The position numbers and the translations under genes are program-made. DNA of 64,000 nt, taken from positions 21,217,237 through 21,281,236 of the forward strand of contig NC_092672.1 in the NCBI RefSeq assembly GCF_964355755.1. Direction: 5' to 3'. Below the pieces are notes generated by a model that saw nothing but the letters and a program-made list of their open reading frames with translations, ran no database searches and was not told the origin of the DNA. This document shows positions 1 through 14,674 of this stretch, piece by piece. The first letter of the stretch is position 1, and the number at the start of each line of letters is the position of its first letter. The stretch comes from Antedon mediterranea (lineage: Eukaryota; Animalia; Echinodermata).

Positions 1-930
1 ATTTCAAATTTCAGTACAAGCTATTTAACAAAAATATATATGCCAAGTTATTGTAGCATAACTTTATATTTTAATCAATGGATGTAAATGACTTTGCATA
101 TATAAATGTATTACAATTGTTTATAAACTCTTCATTGTTGTAGATTCTATTTCAGTACAACCTTTTTTTAAACTAATATTGACCTTGGTTCGTCCTTTGT
201 TTCAGTTGGATATGGTCTTTTTTTTTCAATTTACATTATTGATTTGATTTAGACCAATTTCATACACATTTAGCAATAATTTTTTCATTTTTTAACTAAT
301 AATATGCATAGAAAATGTTTATTTTACTACTACAATACCACATTAAGTGATTCTTTTATTAACTTTTTTATGGCTTTAACAAGCTGAATTCTGTCATGAG
401 ACCAATATAATATTCATATTCATATTCATATTCATTTATTATCCAGAAAAATAATACAAAAACAATACAAAAAGCATATATTACATAGAACAACAACAAT
501 AGTCTTATAATACACAATAAATTTCTATTGATCGTACATTCTAATAATATATTGATCCATAATTTCCCCTATGTTTCATAATTTTTTTTATTTTATTGTG
601 CTACAATAAAGGAAAAATAAACGGTGTGGTCAAAAATATTACCAGATGACTAAATATATGTAATATAATAACGTTTACGTTTCTGGTGTTTTTATGCAAT
701 TTCAAATTTTTATTTTTGTGCTGTAGTTTAGTAAAACTAAATTTATCTTACCGGTTCCACCCTTTAAGAGAGAAAGGTCCTACTTCCCTTCCCTTGTAGT
801 AGAGCACCATATCAAGAATGTTAAATAACGGGCAAGAGACGTAAATACTAAAATTGCTTGTTACAAACACTTTATTCACAGTACACATATATGGCTAAAT
901 GCATATATAACAATATTACTATAAGCCCAA
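1..930. repeat. Dispersed segmental repeat, paralogous to ~39760-40500 and ~58100-59420
   Basis: Shared strings such as ATTTCAAATTTCAGTACAAGCTA, AATCAATGGATGTAAATGACTTTGCAT and GTAGTAGAGCACC..TCAAGAATGTTAAATAAC recur in order at these loci; boundaries approximate. Confidence 0.75.
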
Positions 931-2054
931 TAGTATACAGCCACATATGTAAGGAAAACTAGCTCCAGCTTGATATTTGTGCCAAAATAGATTTTATTGG
1001 CTAACTTTGTTATTCTTGAGTTGCTGAATTCCAAAAAATTAGGTGCCATTTTTTTCGACCACTCCTTCAAAATGGCCGACATCCCACACTAAACGTTGTC
1101 ATCCATGGTATCATCGGAAAGGGAATGTAATACTGATCATTTTATCCAATTAAATCTATTATAAAAAAATGCATAGTTACATAGATGAAATACCCCTTGT
1201 AGCATTTCAAAGATATCATTTTTGATAAATGAATTTGACAATTATTGAAACCATTAGAGATCAGATGGTCATCAAACTTATATAAATAAAAAATGGAAAA
1301 ACCAATACAATAGATCTTTAGTCTGCTTTATGGCATATTTAACTGTCTGCTGACTGCATATTTAAACATTGATGATTGTTAGAATTCAAATTATTAATGG
1401 TGGGCTTATACTTAACATAGGTCTACTTTACTGTGAAAACAGGATGCTGGTCAACTCATCACTAAAATACTTTGATAACAATTAGTATATCAAGACTTAA
1501 ATATTATGAAGAGGGAAGCTTGAATGCCACTATTATTCCAAAATAGGGATAAGCTGCTGTGTAGTGTTTATATGACATGTTCAGTTTTTAAATTCACTAG
1601 TAAATAATAAACCTTCTTAGTTTCTGTCTAATAGCATTACTGCTAATGCAGCATATTAAAGTTTAAATTTCTAAATTAGATAATTTATTGTACTATACAT
1701 CACAGCCACTGATCATAACTGGGCCCTCTTGGAGACCAGTCTTTGACTGAAGAGGTTGCCCAGTATAAACAAAATATTTTAATTTCAATAATGACACGTC
1801 AACCAGTAATTTTGATCAAAACAAATTTAAGGCAAATGTACTGTACATTACTTTACATATAGTCTACTCGCCCTAATTTGCTAAACATTTTAGCAGCTAG
1901 AAATATTGCCACATAATTTTTTTTGGGTAAAAAATGTGTATTTTTTTTTTCGTCCAATGTTGAGAGTGGCCTAACAACAATGAAATCCATAAATCATAAA
2001 TAATTACAACATTGTTTTTCATATGTATGGACAATGGTGTTTATAACCCTTTAA

Positions 2055-3958
2055 AGGGGGGTTCAGGGTTTAAAATGAATAGTAAAAAATGTAAAATATA
2101 TTTGTTTGTCTCTTGAACGGTAAAAGTTTCAATTTATATAAGCGCCCAGTGAAGCAGAACGAAGGCTGTGAAATGAGGCCAGATTACAAGTGCAGCTACG
2201 GCGATATGACACTGTGTTACAGAATAGGAAATTCGTGAAATGGTCAATCTTCCGACGACTCGTTATCATTAACCATATCAATTACTTTTGTAAAATTATA
2301 CTTATCTGATGTAATTTTAGTCGGTCTTCCCATTTATAAAGTCAATGTTCTATGAAAATTCATCAAAACAGTGAAAAATTAGATATGTTTGCACTTTACG
2401 TTTGCCGATTTTCGCACTGACTTAGGGAAAGCCTTCAAAATAAATGAAGCGTAACGTATACATTCCTGCTGAGCGAGAGGATAGCGAGACGACGATACAC
2501 GTGCTTTACCTGCCCATGCCTGGCATCGTCACGTGATAAGCAGATACAGTATACAATACCAAACTGGTCGGGTCGAGTATACCCCGTCTATAATTACTAC
2601 ATGAACGATGTACAGTATTTGATTGAAGGTCGACTCGACCTACCGGAATGGTATAGATAATATAGTATTATATACTATACTGTATATGAAACCATTTCAA
2701 TATTAACTATCATGATAATTTTAATATCGTCATCAACAAATATTTTTGTAACTACTTCCTCTTTATGTATATAAATATATTTAACTAAAATGTATCAACT
2801 CATGTCAGACAAATATTGCCACAGTATATAGTACTAATTTTAATTCAAATTAGCTTAAGTATCCGTATCCGTCATTTTATGTTAATTGTGTTCAATATGG
2901 ATGCACCACTTCCTGTGTGTGCCACCGATGTAAAGGTGCAATTTCCAAATAAATTGATTGATTGATTGATAGCTCGAATGAGAGAGTTTGAATATTTGTA
3001 AACATAAGTATTGCTAATTTTAAGAAGTGTAGCCTAGTAAAAGGCCTGGTAGTATCAATTCGCATAGGGTCTACTACACTAGCTAGCTCAATTTTTAACT
3101 GGGCCGGATCGGCTATACCTAGTACCTGGTCTACTTGCTTGATGCAGTAGTATCCGCTTTTTTGGAGAGTAAACTAGGCCTCTAGGCCTATTTTAGGCCT
3201 ACTTAGACGATCGGGACACCATACGTGCGGACGGCGATATTTACAGCCGATTTTGTAGAATGTTTTAGGTTTAGATTGTTTAGGAGTTTGGTTGATAGGA
3301 TGGGTTTGGAATCCACTGAGTTTTGTTATTTATGGGCCAATCGTTTAGTAGTGGGCCAATCGTTTAGTAGTAGGCAAGCTAGGCCCATGGGCCCCAATGT
3401 TTTAATAGCGTTTTAATCCCTAGTCAAAATGGCTCTCACCCATGAAAAAAAATGATTTAGGCTAGGCCTAGCCTAGTACGTGAAGCCGATAATACGATCT
3501 GTACTATTCGAGGTATAAAAATAGTATATTATGACTCCGTAATCTGTACTAAATTTGTATTTCATTAAATGTCAAATAAATATATGCTACTACTGTTATT
3601 ATTACACTTTAGGCCTAGCTTAGAAAATCTACAAAAAATGTATTTCACAATGATCGGGTGGTCGTCGTTTGACAGGGGAGAGAGATGTAAATTTAGTTGA
3701 CAAACACAACGTACATGACGTCGCGAGTTTGGAATCCACTGATGACGTGATTTTGTGAATATCTCATGAATATTAATGAGCTTCCTTAAGCTGCTGAAAA
3801 ACAGACTTTCCATGAATTTACCCTAAAATGTATATGAAATTTTATTTTTTTAATTTCTCGTTATTATTTCTTCATTCTGACATGTCTATATTGTTATAAT
3901 ATTTTTTATTTAATAAATAAACGATATTTAAAAGCAATTTTAAACCCAGAATCCCCCT
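2055..3958. mobile_element. Non-autonomous Kolobok-like DNA transposon
   Basis: TIRs AGGGGGGTTCAGGGTTTAAAA / TTTTAAACCCAGAATCCCCCT flanked by TTAA (2051-2054, 3959-3962); purine-purine termini plus TTAA TSD fit Kolobok; second copy at 8164. Confidence 0.75.
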
Positions 3959-4685
3959 TTAATTAACCCCACATTTCATAGGATACATCTGTACAGTACA
4001 AACAATGGCATAGACTCGACATTAGGATGTTTTTTCACTGACAGAATTAACTTGGATTTATAGATTCAACAGCAAAGTGAAGTTCTCGTTCATGTTTTAT
4101 GCCACAAATTCAGACCACTGGTTCCTTCTGAGCATGCAGAATACAATTGTGTCATCATCTCCAATGAATCTTTGCTTACAAGAAATCAAAGTGGTTCTGA
4201 AGCGGGTTGATTTGACAGATTTCCATGTTAATTCATTGCTCCTTGCTTATTCTTAGTAATATTGTAATACGTCAACGCAACTTCTGTAACACAAGGCAAA
4301 CTAGTGCTGATCTATTGATACTAACACTAAGAAATCTTCTGACAGATTCTGAGCTGGTTTATATCCATTGTTAATCTAATTTGTTTTCATTCTGAATTGT
4401 CTGACTTGGCATAACCATCAGGTATGCAAATAACCATCTGGTATGCAAACACAATAATCAAAGGAAGTATCCTCATTATCACATTACCTGTACAAATTGT
4501 TGTACTTTATTATTAGGAATTTAAAAGAGAAAAAAATGTTACCTTTGAGTTTGTTTTTTTAAATTACAGTATAACAAAGTTTACTAAAATACATTATGAC
4601 TCTGAGAATAAGAACATGATGTTTGGTATGATAATTATCTATATTATATGAAATATAATAACCTCTATGTGCTTAATATTTTCAG

Positions 4686-4784
4686 TATCAAAGAACACCT
4701 TTATCGTATGCTGCCCAAGCTGGTGACAGCAGCACATGTATGTGCCTGATCAATGCAGGATCAGACGTGAATATTGCAAACAAG
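4686..4784 (+). CDS. Host ankyrin-repeat exon (one 33-aa repeat)
   Basis: ttttcag|99 bp|gtaagt, phase 0; translates YQRTPLSYAAQAGDSSTCMCLINAGSDVNIANK, matching the TPLxxAA..G....LI.AGADVN ankyrin consensus. Confidence 0.88.
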
Positions 4785-7358
4785 GTAAGTCATGCACACT
4801 TGTATTTAAGTGTCTCAAGTAATTGTATATAACTTTTTTTTCCAATTTAAAAAGTATAGATTAATTTTTCACAAAATCTACAAATTGGAGTAGTAAAGAT
4901 TTTGTCTGATTTAATGTTGTAATTATAGTTACAAAATTTTCACTCATCTTAAACCTTATTCATTATTTTAATGATTTACTTACATTAATACATATACAAC
5001 AAATACAATACATTAGTTTATATTTTTAAATGACAGGTTTGTCAAATATAATTGTGGCACATTTCAACAAATTACAGCATATAATTACTGTAGATAATAA
5101 AACCAAATTACATTTGCTCATAAAGAGTATTATCGTTCTTCGGAATGTGCCTTGAAAGCTTTGGTCTTTGCTCTATCGTCCTACTGTACCCCATTGCTTG
5201 TAGTATAATATCCCACTACCCGGCCTGTGTTAACTATAAAGGCATCCATGTCTAATTCATATGTTATATTTACCTGTTTCAAATGAAAAAAATGGATAGC
5301 TAAATTGATTTAAATTTAAAGAAATGCAGAGAATAATTTGCAAGCATATTAATTATATTGAACATAATGAACAACTATCTAAAAGGTAGTCTTCTTTATT
5401 GTACCTTTTTAATATCCTAGATGTGAGTAAAGTACATTGGAAGAATCCTCTTTCACTTCTCATCTGTTAACATACATATCTTATTTGTTTATTTTTTAAC
5501 TTCATTTATATATTATCTTTCATTTATATGTAAAATTGTGAAATTCTAAGCATGCCATGAAACATTTTATTATCTTATTTTATGCAATGTAATTATATTC
5601 TTCAATTTAAAGTAGGATCTTGATGTTTTTCAACAACAGCTAGCTATAGAAAGAAAGTTGATTGAATATAATTATATGTAACTTTTTTAGAAAATGGTTT
5701 AAAAAAAAAGAAATATTTGATACAATATTTAAAATGAATTAATGAAAACAATTATGCATTTCTTCAATAGTCGCAAATGGTAACTGGCTGGCCTCTTAAT
5801 TTATTTCAAAATGTACCCAACTTTGTCAATAAATGATCCAATATTGTGAAATAAGTAAATTATATTCTAATTTTAGCTATTAATTATGTGAAAATCATTC
5901 AAGTTGAGGCCTCTAATATTAATCTCATATTAGTAAACATGTCCTGATCAATTTTAAATTTCAGTGCTAAATAAACTTGTCTCCTAAAAACTTAGTTTTC
6001 TTCATTTTTCTGAGATAAAACATTGTTTGAATGCCTTTCTGATGAATTTGACAGTAAAACAAAGGTTATTTCATTGCAAACCATTGTTTATATCACCATA
6101 GTTAATACAGTTTTAAAGAAAACTGAATAGGCCAAATTTGTTTCATGTCCAGGATTTGAATTTTTTATTTTTTATTTGAGAAATGTACAAAATATGTGAA
6201 AGATGGTGTTACAGTTCAGTTGTGTTTGCATACCTTAGAGTGTGTAATAAATGCTTCATTTTTATTTTTTTTATTACTATTAAAATATACAATGTAGCTA
6301 TTAAATTAGAAAGTCTTCCATCTACAAAATTTGATTATAAAGGAAATATGAAACTAATTAACATTTTTTTTAATTTATTTTATCTTTCAATGTTATTAAT
6401 CTATGATTTATATATACTACAGCTTGTGTATCTGACAGTGTTCTTTTTTCTTTATTTTAAAATAAAAAACGCCAGTTTGGAGCAATGTTAAATGATTAAA
6501 GCTAAACATAATTGTCAAAAATAATAATTATAATACAGTTAACCTTTCCACCTATGTACTGTAATTATTATTTACAAACTTTCTTATTTACAAATGCTGG
6601 TAAAATCATCACTAAGTTTGTTTACACTTGATATACTTACTTTCTGCAATGTAAATTATAATATTTAAAGTACTATGTTATTTCAAAATTACATGGAACA
6701 ATAAAGTTATTGATTAATCATTAATACTCCTCACACTTTTTTAAATTTTATTAATCAAATACTGTAATTTAATAATATTGATATTAATGTGCCAAATTGT
6801 TAAGTTAAATTGAGATTTGCTGTTCTCTTAAAAACAAAAAACCAATATATTCTTACATAATTTATTTTAAATTGTATTTTTAAGTGTATATGGTCATTAT
6901 TACAGTTATGATCATACTTCAGTTCTATATAATTTCCATTAAACAATTCTATAAGAGAAGGAGCACAATACATGCAATGGCTTTCTTTAACTTACCAGTA
7001 TTTTCAGTTAATTCATTGCAATTATTATACTACTATATAATTTGAATTCAAGCAAATTATTTAGTTAGACAGGAGTAATAATGTAATACAATCACGCTGC
7101 TAGAAACAATGGTCAATCCAATTAATTGTGGTCCCAATATGTCCCTCATAAAGAATGATAAAATAATAATAATAATGGATAAATAAATCACAAATAACTT
7201 TAAAATCATAGCACATGGGCGGTACTCACCAATTTTCATATTTGTTGCTCAAAAACCAAAATGTAAAACCACTAATGCTAGAGAATTTATTTACAGAATT
7301 ATGGCTAAATCAGCATTGCATTAAACTATCACATGGAAGTTTTCAAATATTATACTAT

Positions 7359-7998
7359 GGCCCTGTTTCTGCTGCCAAGAATGTACACACTGTATATGGT
7401 ATATTTTATATGGTATTTTTTGTGGCAGCAGAAATGGGTCTCATAAAAAATATACTGTATAAACATGGAGCTATAAAATTAGTTTTTATAGCTCCATGGT
7501 ATAAATATACCGCATATTTATCTTGATCATTATCGATATCGTTATCTCTGATATTTTATCATATATTTCTTGCACCTTTCTGCTGCCTTATGAATATACC
7601 ATCTATATTGTTCACCCATAACACAAGGTTTGTTGAGCATACCCTACTTAGAACAATTACTAAAATATCACAGTGGACTGAAAATGTTAAGATATTTGCT
7701 CTATTTAAATGTGATAGAACCGAGGCTTCAGGGTAATAACAGGAGATGTGGAGTTTGGTTATCGTCAAAACAAGTAAACAGAAAACAGCAAACTGACCAT
7801 GGACAATGACTGCAAGTTGGGTAGACACGGGGTTTTCCGGTCCCATATGGAATTTTAAGGGATCGAACCATAGCTATCTATTCCTCAATCCATACAATCC
7901 CACAAAGTAGTTTTCAAAAGAAACAGGTCACACAATTATAATTCTAATATATTATTACGGTATGTTTATGCCGTACATATTGTAGCAGAAACAGGGCC
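7359..7998. mobile_element. PIF/Harbinger-like MITE
   Basis: TIR GGCCCTGTTTCTGCT...AGCAGAAACAGGGCC with 3-bp TSD TAT on both sides. Confidence 0.65.
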
Positions 7999-8163
7999 TA
8001 TCTTACATTAATGCCCCATTGGGATGACTAAAGGTTGGTATTAATAGTAATACCTAAGGGTAGACTCACAGCGTCAGGTTTGTTATCCAACACAAGGTAA
8101 TCCGTGTCGTTAAAAGTCAAGGTGTTTAGACACAAAGATCGACATTCCAATGCCCACATTTAA

Positions 8164-9613
8164 AGGGGGGTTCCGGGTTTAAAATGAATAGTAAAAAATG
8201 TAAAATATATTTGTTTGTCTCTTGAACGGTAAAAGTTTCAATTTATATAAGCGCCCAGTGAAGCAGAACGAAGGCTGTGAAATCAGGCCAGATTACAAGT
8301 GCAGCTACGGCAAAATCACACTGTGGTTACAAAATAGGAAATTCGTAAAATGGTCCATCTTCCGACGACTCGTTATCATAAACCATATCAATTAATTTTG
8401 TAAAATTATACTTATCTGATGTAATTTTAGTCGATCTTCCCATTTATAAAGTCAATTTTTTATGAAAATTCATCAAAACAGTGAAAAATTAGATATGTTT
8501 GCACTTTACGTTTGCCGATTTTCGCACCGACTTAGGGAAAAATCAAAATCAATGAAGCGTAACGTATACTGTACATTCCTGCTGAGGATCGGATCGAGCG
8601 AGACGACGATACACGTGCTCTCTCTGCTGCCCATGTCTGGCATCGTCACGTGATAAGCAGATACAACAATACCAAACTGGTCGGGTTGAGTATACCCCGT
8701 CTATAATCACAACATGAACGATGTACAGTATTTGATTGAAGGTCGACTCGACCTACCGGAATGGTATAGATAATATAGCTCGAATGAGAGAGTTGGAATA
8801 TTTGTGTAGTGCAGCCTATAGTAAAAGGCCTGGTAGTATCAATTCGCATAGGGTCTACTACACTGGCTAGCTCAATTTTTAACTGGGCCAGATCGGCTAG
8901 GTCTCCTTCCTACTACCTGGTCTACTTGCTTGATGCATGAGTATCCGATTTTTTGGAGAGTAAACTAAACCTATTTATTTTAGGCCTACTTAGACGATCG
9001 GGACACCATACGTGTGGACGGCGATCGGACCTTGTTTTGCTTCAATATTTACAGCCGATTTTGTAGAATGTTTTAGGTTTAGATTGTTTAAGAGTTTGGT
9101 TGATAGGATGGGTTTTGTTATTTATGGGCCAATCGTCTAGTAGTAGGCTAGCTAGGCCCATGGGCCCCATTGTTTTAACGTAGCCATCGTGGCATGGAAT
9201 CCCTAGTCAGAATGGCTCTCGCCCATATTATTATTAGGCTAGGCCTAGAGTAGTATTGTACGTGAAGCCGATAATACGATCTGTACTATAGAGGTATAAA
9301 AATAGTATAATTTATGACTCCGTATCTGTACTAAATTTTGTATTTCATTAAATGTCAAATAAATATTTGCTACTACTGTTATTATTACACTTTAGGCCTA
9401 GCTTAGAAAATCTACAAAAAATGTATTTCACAAGGATCACAATGGTGGTCGTCGTTTGACAGGGGAGAGAGATGTAAATTAGTTGACAAACACAACGTAC
9501 ATGACGTCGCGAGTTTGGAATCCACTGGTGACGTGATTTTGTGAATATCTCATGAATATTAATGAGCTTCCCTAAGCTGCTAAAAAACAGACTTTCCATG
9601 AATTTACCCTAAA
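8164..9613. mobile_element. Second, right-truncated copy of the Kolobok-like element at 2055
   Basis: TTAA+AGGGGGTTCCGGGTTTAAAATG start; colinear with 2055-3830 but lacks the ~2670-2970 segment; no right TIR. Confidence 0.8.
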
Positions 9614-10180
9614 AAATTCTTCTTCACTAAAAAGTTTTTAAAAGATATGCTACATTTAATATTAGCAATTCACACCTAAATCCAGCCCTCAGTCTTAACC
9701 CTTTTCCAACATGCAATTCGTTTTTTAAGGATATTCACTACATTATTAGCAAATTACCCCCTAAATCCACCCTTTTCCAACATGGCTGTTGAAAAAGTGT
9801 GTCATCCAATGGAATAGTTTTATTGCCAGTATTGTATGTCTGTGGATTTTCCATCTGAATTGACATAGCAGCAATCAATCATTTAATTAAGAAACCTTTG
9901 ATATCAACAAACGTATAAGCCAGTTTCGAAGTTACCTACTTCTATTCTAGTTGTATTTAAATTGTTTCTACTGAATAATAATTTAAACGAAACACAATCG
10001 GCCTATAAAATTAGAAGTTAAAAAAAAACTAGAGGTGCCATTTATTATGAATTTCATGTGCGAAAGCATTTCCGGCCATCTAGAGGTGTCATTTAACAAA
10101 ATTTGCTTTAAATCCCGCTCCCTTTTCAGATCCTGGCTAAGGCCCTGGACATTTGGGCAATCCCCTTAAGATAGTCCTGC

Positions 10181-10357
10181 TGCAATGTCCGATATTATGT
10201 TTAATATTATGTGATTCATTAACGAAAATAAATACAATGGACACCTCGTTTTGCCGTGTGTACTGGAGTGCTTTATTCACCAACAAATACATGAATCCAC
10301 ATCGGATAGAGGGCGCTGTATCATTATTTTACATGATCATGAATACAATACATTACA
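10181..10357 (-). repeat. 3' LTR
   Basis: Direct repeat of 14675-14851; preceded on the minus strand by polypurine tract AAAAAGGGGCA (10358-10368). Confidence 0.95.
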
Positions 10358-10554
10358 TGCCCCTTTTTATTATATTTATTTTTTTAATTTTTTTTTTTAA
10401 ATTAGTTTGTACATACAGTAGTTTGTGATAAACTGACATTTTGAAAAGATGTTCAATAGTATGAGTTATTGCATTGTGGCATTTTCTTTTATTTACATTT
10501 TAACAATCGCTACTTAAGATACTACTTTCTACTTGCTTTCTCAATGCGCTTTAC

Positions 10555-12200
10555 TTATATATCTATATATGGACTCCCACGCCCACTCCTTGTTATTACT
10601 ACATTAGATCGCGCTGGCACAGAGTCATACTTCTGATTATGTGTTTTTATACTGTGTTGGTGTGGTGTGACCTCAGTGGTATTTGGGCCTTCAGTAGGCT
10701 CATCCTCAACATCACTACTAATCTTACTGCTATCTAACGGTTCACTTTTTTCTTTTGTTGGATAAATGTGCTTGCTATTTCTTTTGAATTTTTTTCCTCT
10801 GCTGCTTTCTACCAACATACTACGTGGTTGTTCAAGACTCTAGTCATGGTACCATACTCCCATTTGTTTCCATTTTGAAATCTAACCTTCTGTCCTTCAT
10901 TCAATGGTGGTATGGGCTTAGATGCATGTTGATCATAATAGTACTTTTGTTTGTCCTGTCTAGCACATAGTTGCTTGTATACGTTTGGTATGTATTGTGG
11001 TCTTAGCAGTCCGGGTTTAGTGGGGAGCTTTGACCTTAAAAGTCTTCCATTTAGTAGCTGGCTTGGACTGTATCCGTATGTTCCATCCAGTGGTGTATTT
11101 CTCAATTCGAGAAGGGCATTATACACACACTCGTTCGATTTAGTGCACTTCTTGATTATGTTTTTACAGTTTTAACAGTGTTTTCGGCTTGACCATTGGA
11201 TTGAGAGTGGGTTGGACTGATTGTAATATGCTTATTTATGCCCCATTCTTTCATCATGTTCGAGTATTCTTCACTCGAGTAACATGGACCGTTATCACTA
11301 ATGATAATTTGTGGTCCACCTTGTCTTGCAAAGACGTCCAATGTAGCTTTGATTACTGAGCTTGCAGTCTTATCTGGTATTTCTATGATCTCAAGGAATT
11401 TCGAATAATAGTCTGTTAGTATCAGATAGTTCCTTCCCTGAATCTCAAACAAATCTGTTCCTATTTTAATCCAGGGTGCATCTGGCAACTCGTGTGGAAT
11501 CATCGGCTCTTTTGGCCTTTGTGGTTTTATCTCCATGCATGTTTTGCACTGTGAGATGATTTCTTCTATTTGGGCGTTCATTCCTGGCCAGAACATTATC
11601 CCTTTAGCCCTTGATTTAGATTTTACCATACCCTGGTGGCTTGCATGTAGCTTTTTTAGCATCTCTTTTTGCATTTTTCTTGGAATAACTATTTGATTAT
11701 TTTTAAATATGACATCATCGCAGCATGAGAGGTCGTTCCTGTATTTAAAATATGGCCTTGCTGGCGAGTCATTGGCTAGGGTTTTAATGTGTTCCGGCCA
11801 ACCACCTTGAATTAATGTCTTTACTTGTGCGAGTGTTTCGTCGTTATTGGTCATTAGTTTGACTTGTTGTAGCTTTTCATCAGAGATGGATAGTTGCGAG
11901 ATTACGCTTAACACTAACGGCGTGTCTTCTTCTTTGTCTTTTGGTTTATCGTTAAGGGTTGCTCTACTTAATGTATCTGCGATTACATTGTCTTTACCGG
12001 GCACCCATTTTAGTTTCAGGTCGTATCTTAATAGTGCCATTCTCATTCTTTGAATTCTTGGGCTCAGTTTGTGTAATGGCTTGTCAAATATGCCAATTAA
12101 GGGCTTATGGTCGGTTTCTACAACCACTGTGCTACCATATACGTAGTGGTGGAATTTATTGCACCCAAATACAATAGCGTTAATCTCCTTCTCGATTGGT
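10555..12200 (-). pseudogene. pol: pol: RNase H C-terminus and integrase, frameshifted at ~11156 and ~10810
   Basis: ETDHKPL, ADTLSR, HASHQG..CKTC zinc finger, D-D-E residues in GTDLF/ISDNG/GQAENTV, C-terminal TRSGR; split over three ORFs. Confidence 0.92.
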
Positions 12201-12208
12201 GCATAATT

Positions 12209-13264
12209 TTATTCGGCCGAATTTAAACACCTGGAACCATATGCGACTGGTTGGTTCATTTGCATGATGACTGCCCCATAACCGTGGTTGCTCGCATCTG
12301 TAGCAAGTGTGATCGGTAGTGTCGGATCGTAATACCTTAGCACTGGAGCCGTGGTAGCAGCTATGATTAACTCATTGTACGCTCGCTCTTGGGCAGTACT
12401 CCAATCAAATTCGTTCCCCTTTTTAAGAAGTAGTCTGAGCGGCTCGCTCATTTTGGACATGTTAGGGAGAAACTTTGCCAAATATGTCATCATTCCTAAG
12501 AATGTTTGGAGCTGCGCTTTATCTACAGGCTTCGGCATGTCTCTCAAGGCTCTAATTCGTTCTGAATTTGGTTTTAAACCTTCGCTGGTGATTAGATGCC
12601 CCACATATTTTACTTCGCTTCGGTTGATTTCTGACTTATCTCGATTTAATTTTAGGCCTGTATGTCTCACACGGTCTAAGAACTCTTTGAGCCGTTCGAA
12701 ATGTTGCTAGGTATCTTTTGCAGTAATTAAGAAATCATCGACTATTATATTAACAGGTACTCCTTCAAAACCTTCTATCATTGCCCGTTGCCATTCTTCC
12801 GCAATGGAGTTTATTCCGAATGGGGCTCTGTTAAATTTATACCGGCCCCAAGGAGTGTTGAAACACGTTAGTAGTGACGCCTTTTTTGTTAGTTTGAGCT
12901 GCCAATAGCCTGATGTGGCATCAAGTTTTGAGAAGATTTTAGCGTTTGGCATTGTAGCGGCAACCTCTTCCACGGTTTTCATTGGGTAATGTTGTCTTAA
13001 TATGGCTTTATTCAATTCTCTAGGATCTAAACATATTCGAACTTTACCGTTCTTCTTTGCAACAGATGTGATTTGGCTGACCCACTCTGTGGGCTCAGTA
13101 ACACGCTCTATTACCCCGAGTTTGGTCATTCTTTCTAACTCCTCTTTAACTTTATCTTTGATTCTGTGCGGTATTTGACGTGGTGGGAGTTGCTTGGGCT
13201 GTATAGACTTGTCTACCTTAATGTCGAATTCACAGTTCTTAAGACAGCCCAACCCTTCAAACAA
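12209..13264 (-). pseudogene. pol: pol: reverse transcriptase and RNase H N-terminus with premature stops
   Basis: KVRICLDPRELN, KLDATSGYWQ, TPWGRY..RAPFGI, IVDD (YxDD position), TDAS..GYGAVI; in-frame stops at ~12707 and ~12209. Confidence 0.93.
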
Positions 13265-13278
13265 ATCTTTGTTTGCCT

Positions 13279-14637
13279 CTAGTAGTGACTCGATTTGGCA
13301 TTATAATTTACTTGTTCTTTCTCAATGGATTCCACCCGCTTAATTATGCCTAGTTGTTCACATGAGTCTAAACTAAGTATAGGCAAACAAGGCCCCTTTA
13401 TAATTTGGAATGTTAGCATCTGCTCAACATTTGCTTTTGATACTTTAGTTTTCAAAAGCATTTGAATTTGGCCCATTGGTTTGACTATTTTGCCACCAAA
13501 TCCCTTTAACCTATCCTGTTTCTTTATCAATTTTTGCTGAAATTCAGCATCAATTAAAGACATTACATCAGATGAGATTACATTGGCTTCAGAGCCAGTA
13601 TCTATTTTAAAGGATACTGGAAACCCATGTTGTACCAGGCATTCCTGGAACCAACCTTTTGCGGCCCTCTCTCGTTCTAATTCCGATATTGTTATTTCTG
13701 TCATTTCAAACAGGTCGCAATTGTCGCCGTCTTCGTCGCTTTCCACTCTGAGTTCCTTCATCTGTTTCTCAACGCCCTTTGTTCTGCACGCCCGGCTGAA
13801 ATGTCCCTTGCGGTTGCATGAGTTGCATTGCGCATCAATTGCGGGACACCTGACACCATCCTTGTGGTTGTTATAACCACACCGCCCACATTTGTTATGG
13901 TTCCCTGTAGTGGTAAACCTCTGCGATGGATGTTTGTTGTGATTGTATATTGGTTCAGCAGCTTGAAAATTCTTACCGTGTGAGTTTGTATTTCGGAACG
14001 ATTGTCCATGCTTTTGTGGTCTCTCATAATGCCTCTTGAATCTCATTTCGTGGACCGTTTGCTCTTGGCTTTTCATGGACTGGGCTTCTTGAATGTCGTT
14101 CATTTGACGGGTTGTACACTCATGTGCTCGGATCATGGTCAGGGCTTGGTCTACCGTCATGTTATTGTCCTTTGCGATGAGTTTCCTTCTGGTGGTTTCA
14201 TTGTGAACCCCGGCTATGATACAGTCTAGCAGCTGTTCCTCCTTGTTTGTATAATCGCAGTCTGCCAGTATGATTTTGGCTTTTGTGATGAAACTGTCAA
14301 TAACTTCTCCTTCCTTCTGTTTTAACGCTCGGAGTTGAAATCGTGCTACCCGGAAGTTTGATTTTGGGGTGACATATGCTTCAAATTTCTCCCAATGCTT
14401 ATCCAGAGTTTCGTCCCCATCTGCCAGGTTCCAAGAATCTTTAATGTCACGTCCCGTTTCGCCTACCCAAAGTAGGAGGTAGCGTAGTTTGGTTTTGTCT
14501 GGCTTGTCAGCCAGTGGACCCTCGAAGATCAGCGTCACTGTGCGCTTGAACTTTCTTAGTGCCTCCGGCAAATTCTGTGCCTTCCAATCTATCGTAGGTA
14601 TTGGAATTCCTGTTAATTCCGCTATATTTGTGGTCAC
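13279..14637 (-). pseudogene. gag: gag-protease ORF (452 aa, no ATG start)
   Basis: Two CCHC knuckles (CGRCGYNNHKDGVRC, CNSCNRKGHFSRAC) and aspartic protease FKIDTGSEAN; probable start ATG mutated to ATA before AELTGIP; not in frame with RT. Confidence 0.9.
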
Positions 14638-14660
14638 CAGTACTTACTTCACAGTTCCTG

Positions 14661-14674
14661 CACTTCTGACACCA
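14661..14674 (-). promoter_or_regulatory. Primer-binding site complementary to tRNA-Leu 3' end
   Basis: Minus strand TGGTGTCAGAAGTG immediately after the 5' LTR. Confidence 0.85.

Noticed and set aside
3565-3813. Duplicated 82/83-aa ORFs (also 9348-9599) and 83/69-aa ORFs (52252, 54649)
   Set aside because: Similarity is due to repeated non-coding transposon copies; the frames differ between copies
10153-10428. 91-aa and 77-aa (14674-14907) similar ORFs
   Set aside because: Antisense translations of the two LTRs
14661-14674. tRNA gene
   Set aside because: Only a 14-nt match to a tRNA-Leu 3' end (PBS); no cloverleaf
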